A DNA stretch of 32,000 nucleotides from Planctomycetales bacterium (lineage in GTDB: Bacteria; 4484-113; JAFGCY01), in assembly GCA_022646745.1 (NCBI GenBank), contig CP060262.1:2040001-2072000 (forward strand). Reading direction: 5' to 3'. Position 1 is the stretch's first letter, and each line of letters opens with the position of its first letter. Below the pieces are notes generated by a model. The model made no database searches. It saw only the letters and a program-made list of their open reading frames with translations, and had not been told where the DNA came from. Positions 29,740-32,000 of this stretch are shown here, one piece after another. A program made the position numbers and the translations under genes.

Positions 29740-31971
29740 CTAGCCAAACAGCCCGGCCTGGTTGTCAGGCACGTACTCCTTCACCTTCTTCAGGTTCTGC
29801 TCCAGCTTCTTCAGGTAGTACTTGATGTTGTAGTCCGGGTTCTGCGGATCGTACTGGCGGACCGGGCGCGCCTCCTCAAAGGCCTTCACCGTCGCCTTCT
29901 CGCCGGTGATGTAGTAGCGCACCTTGTCACCGGGGATCAGGTCTCGCGTGCTCTGCAGCGCCACCTCATAGGCCGCCGCCTTGTTGCGCTTGCCGGCGGC
30001 GATCTTGCCGCGGTAGACATCCAGCGACTCGATGATCGTATCCGTCTTGGCCAGCTCGCGGATGTCAATCCTGCGCTCGCTGATCTCCTGCTTCAGTTCC
30101 TCATAGCGGCGCTCAATGCCAGCCGGGTCGCCCTTCAAAAGCTCGGTGATTGCATTCTCGATGAAGCGGTGCAAGAACGGCTCTAGGCCGCGGCTCTTCA
30201 GGGCTGAGCCCTTGATCTGGATGTTGCCATTACTGTCCAGGAGCGCGTAGTTCTTGATCTTGACTGACAGCATCGCCGGGAAGCAGCCGCCGTACTCGAC
30301 GACGATCCCTTCCTTCAGCTTCGAGTTGAACCTGGCAACCAGTGCCTCACCCTCCTCATCGCTGATCGCGCCCCTGTCAAAGCGGAAGTAGATGCCATCC
30401 GTGTCGATCTCGATCACGTGCCCGCCTTCCTCCTCGACGAGCGTTGCCAGCTTCTGCACGATCTCCTGCCCGGTGGCGGTGATGTGCTCGGCGCTCGTCG
30501 GGTCGGCCCAGTGCATGCGGTTGGTGCCGAGGTAGCCAAAGAAGCTGTTGATGAACACCTTGAACGCGGCCTGGCGGGCATCCGCCAGTACACGCACCTT
30601 CTCGTCGCCACTTTCCCGCGCCAGGCGCTTGGCCTCCAGCCGCTGGCGGGTCAGCTCACGCAAGAGCGGCTGGAACACGCCGACGGTGTCGGAGTAGGGC
30701 GCGATCTCCTCCGTGAGCATGATGCTCGGGTACAGGCTGGCAATGTCAACGTTGAGCACATTGGCAATCAGGCCGCTTTCACGCATGTCGGTGAAGCCGC
30801 CGGGGAAGGTCATCGCATCACTCGGCTCGGGGATGCTCTCTCCGAGGCGCAGGTACTCACGCATGATCAGGTTGTTGATCTTCACGCCGTTGCCACGCAC
30901 CGCGCTGTCCTGCAGCGAGAATGGCAGCATCTGGCTCTGGGCGAAGTAGCTCGGCACAAGTGTGCGGAAGATGCGCTGCGTCGCCGCCAGTTCATTGTGC
31001 AGGTCGGCCTCCAGGGCACTGCGGTCTTTGTCCCACAGTGCAGCGTGGTCCCAGCTCTCCGCCAGCGGCGGCAGCTGGTTCTGCCTGTCGAGGTAGTTGG
31101 CAACGCTTGCCGCATCGAACTCCTCCAGTTCGCGCTTGACGATGTCGTAGAACACCGTCAGGAACCACGTGTCCACGAGATGCCTGCCAACAACGTCCGC
31201 GCGCGGGTACTCCAGCTGCTTCTCTGCGGCCGGCGCACGGCTCTTCCTGACCTTCACGATGCTGCCATCGCGTCCGAGATCCAGCTTGATGCGGTGCTTC
31301 TTGCAGCGCAGGAAGAAGTGGTTGAAGCTGAGCTTGAACAGGTCGTGCCCGACGATCACATCCGGGTCGATCTCCTTCAGGCGCTCAAGCGTGAGCTGCA
31401 GCAACTTCTTCTCATCGTCATGCTGCAAGAGCTCAGTTTCGCCGGTGGCGCTGTCTGCCAGCATCACCATCACGATCCGGTCGTCCAGCACGTTCGGGTC
31501 GGCATAGTCCGCCCCGGCGGAAGGGTAGGCCCGCAGGCCGAAGTAGACAGTGCGCACGTCATCCAGCGCCATGTCTGTGAAATGCGTCAGTCCCGTGTCC
31601 ATCAGGAACATGTTCACCGGGTCGGTGAACTTGATGAAGGGCTCGTGCTCGTAGTTGAGCTTATCCTGGCGGTAGAGCGCGGAGACGTGCTTCAGCACCT
31701 CCCTCTGGTCCTCCCAGGAATCACTGCGCACCCGGCAGCAATAATAGTTCTCGCCGGCGAGCTCCTCGATGTCCGGTGTCGGGGCGGCCTGGTCCAGTAG
31801 CTCGGCATGCGAGCAGAGGAACATCGGCCGGTAGTCCACATGCTCCGCCTCCACCTGGCCGTCGCGGCGCCACCACAGCGTCATTCCGGTGGCGTCCTCA
31901 GCGCATCCAACCAGGCCGGGACGGCCGTCACTGCCCCACAGCATCTCCAGTCTCTCGTCACTGTTGCTCAT
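29740..31971 (-). CDS. polB: family-B DNA polymerase, Pol II-like, with degenerate 3'-5' exonuclease motifs
   Basis: Polymerase motif A is NVDIASLYPSIM, motif B is KVFINSFFGYLG and motif C is IEIDTDGIYF. The IDPDVIVGHDLFKLSF block is collinear with E. coli Pol II YDPDVIIGWNVVQFDL. The C-terminus (QAGLFG) resembles the Pol II clamp-binding tail (QLGLF). Confidence 0.9.
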   Translation of the reverse strand: MSNSDERLEMLWGSDGRPGLVGCAEDATGMTLWWRRDGQVEAEHVDYRPMFLCSHAELLDQAAPTPDIEELAGENYYCCRVRSDSWEDQREVLKHVSALYRQDKLNYEHEPFIKFTDPVNMFLMDTGLTHFTDMALDDVRTVYFGLRAYPSAGADYADPNVLDDRIVMVMLADSATGETELLQHDDEKKLLQLTLERLKEIDPDVIVGHDLFKLSFNHFFLRCKKHRIKLDLGRDGSIVKVRKSRAPAAEKQLEYPRADVVGRHLVDTWFLTVFYDIVKRELEEFDAASVANYLDRQNQLPPLAESWDHAALWDKDRSALEADLHNELAATQRIFRTLVPSYFAQSQMLPFSLQDSAVRGNGVKINNLIMREYLRLGESIPEPSDAMTFPGGFTDMRESGLIANVLNVDIASLYPSIMLTEEIAPYSDTVGVFQPLLRELTRQRLEAKRLARESGDEKVRVLADARQAAFKVFINSFFGYLGTNRMHWADPTSAEHITATGQEIVQKLATLVEEEGGHVIEIDTDGIYFRFDRGAISDEEGEALVARFNSKLKEGIVVEYGGCFPAMLSVKIKNYALLDSNGNIQIKGSALKSRGLEPFLHRFIENAITELLKGDPAGIERRYEELKQEISERRIDIRELAKTDTIIESLDVYRGKIAAGKRNKAAAYEVALQSTRDLIPGDKVRYYITGEKATVKAFEEARPVRQYDPQNPDYNIKYYLKKLEQNLKKVKEYVPDNQAGLFG

Positions 31972-32000
31972 CTTTCGCCCTGCACTATCCTGATGGAGCT

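Noticed and set aside
30418-31800. 460-aa plus-strand ORF
   Set aside because: It is antisense to polB and is a shadow ORF.

Overview
GC-rich bacterial chromosomal window with diderm-type gene content; I cannot identify the lineage from sequence alone. I support 21 protein-coding genes and one tRNA. Assignable genes are a TamB/AsmA-like gene tail with a coupled small membrane protein, a SulP/STAS anion transporter, a polyprenyl-phosphate sugar transferase, an acyl-CoA dehydrogenase, a DUF4268/PD-(D/E)XK-like protein, a secreted phosphodiester-glycosidase-like protein, carA, a type-2 ileS, tRNA-Leu(UAA), an S1-domain protein and a Pol II-like family-B DNA polymerase. Three tandem paralogue sets have no assignable function: two abutting helical-repeat genes (6184-8097), two genes of about 260 aa (9566-11341), and four N-terminally membrane-anchored beta-propeller-like genes (16717-23965) directly downstream of and co-directional with ileS. 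The most unusual signal is non-coding. Almost every intergenic spacer is built from a small set of modules that recur in a fixed relative order and orientation at eight or more loci: GGAG-prefixed stem-loops (several with GNRA loops), strictly phased 7-nt arrays (CAGTGGN and GGGATGN types) and 9-nt AATAGT arrays. Other points: the polB homologue has lost all exonuclease carboxylates but keeps the polymerase motifs and a clamp-binding tail. The ileS leader looks like an Ile-codon attenuator. Several genes carry a -10 box 6-10 nt before the ATG, suggesting leaderless mRNAs. About 1.5 kb (28213-29739) has no credible ORF. Long antisense shadow ORFs typical of GC-rich DNA were rejected. All family calls are by eye, with no database search.
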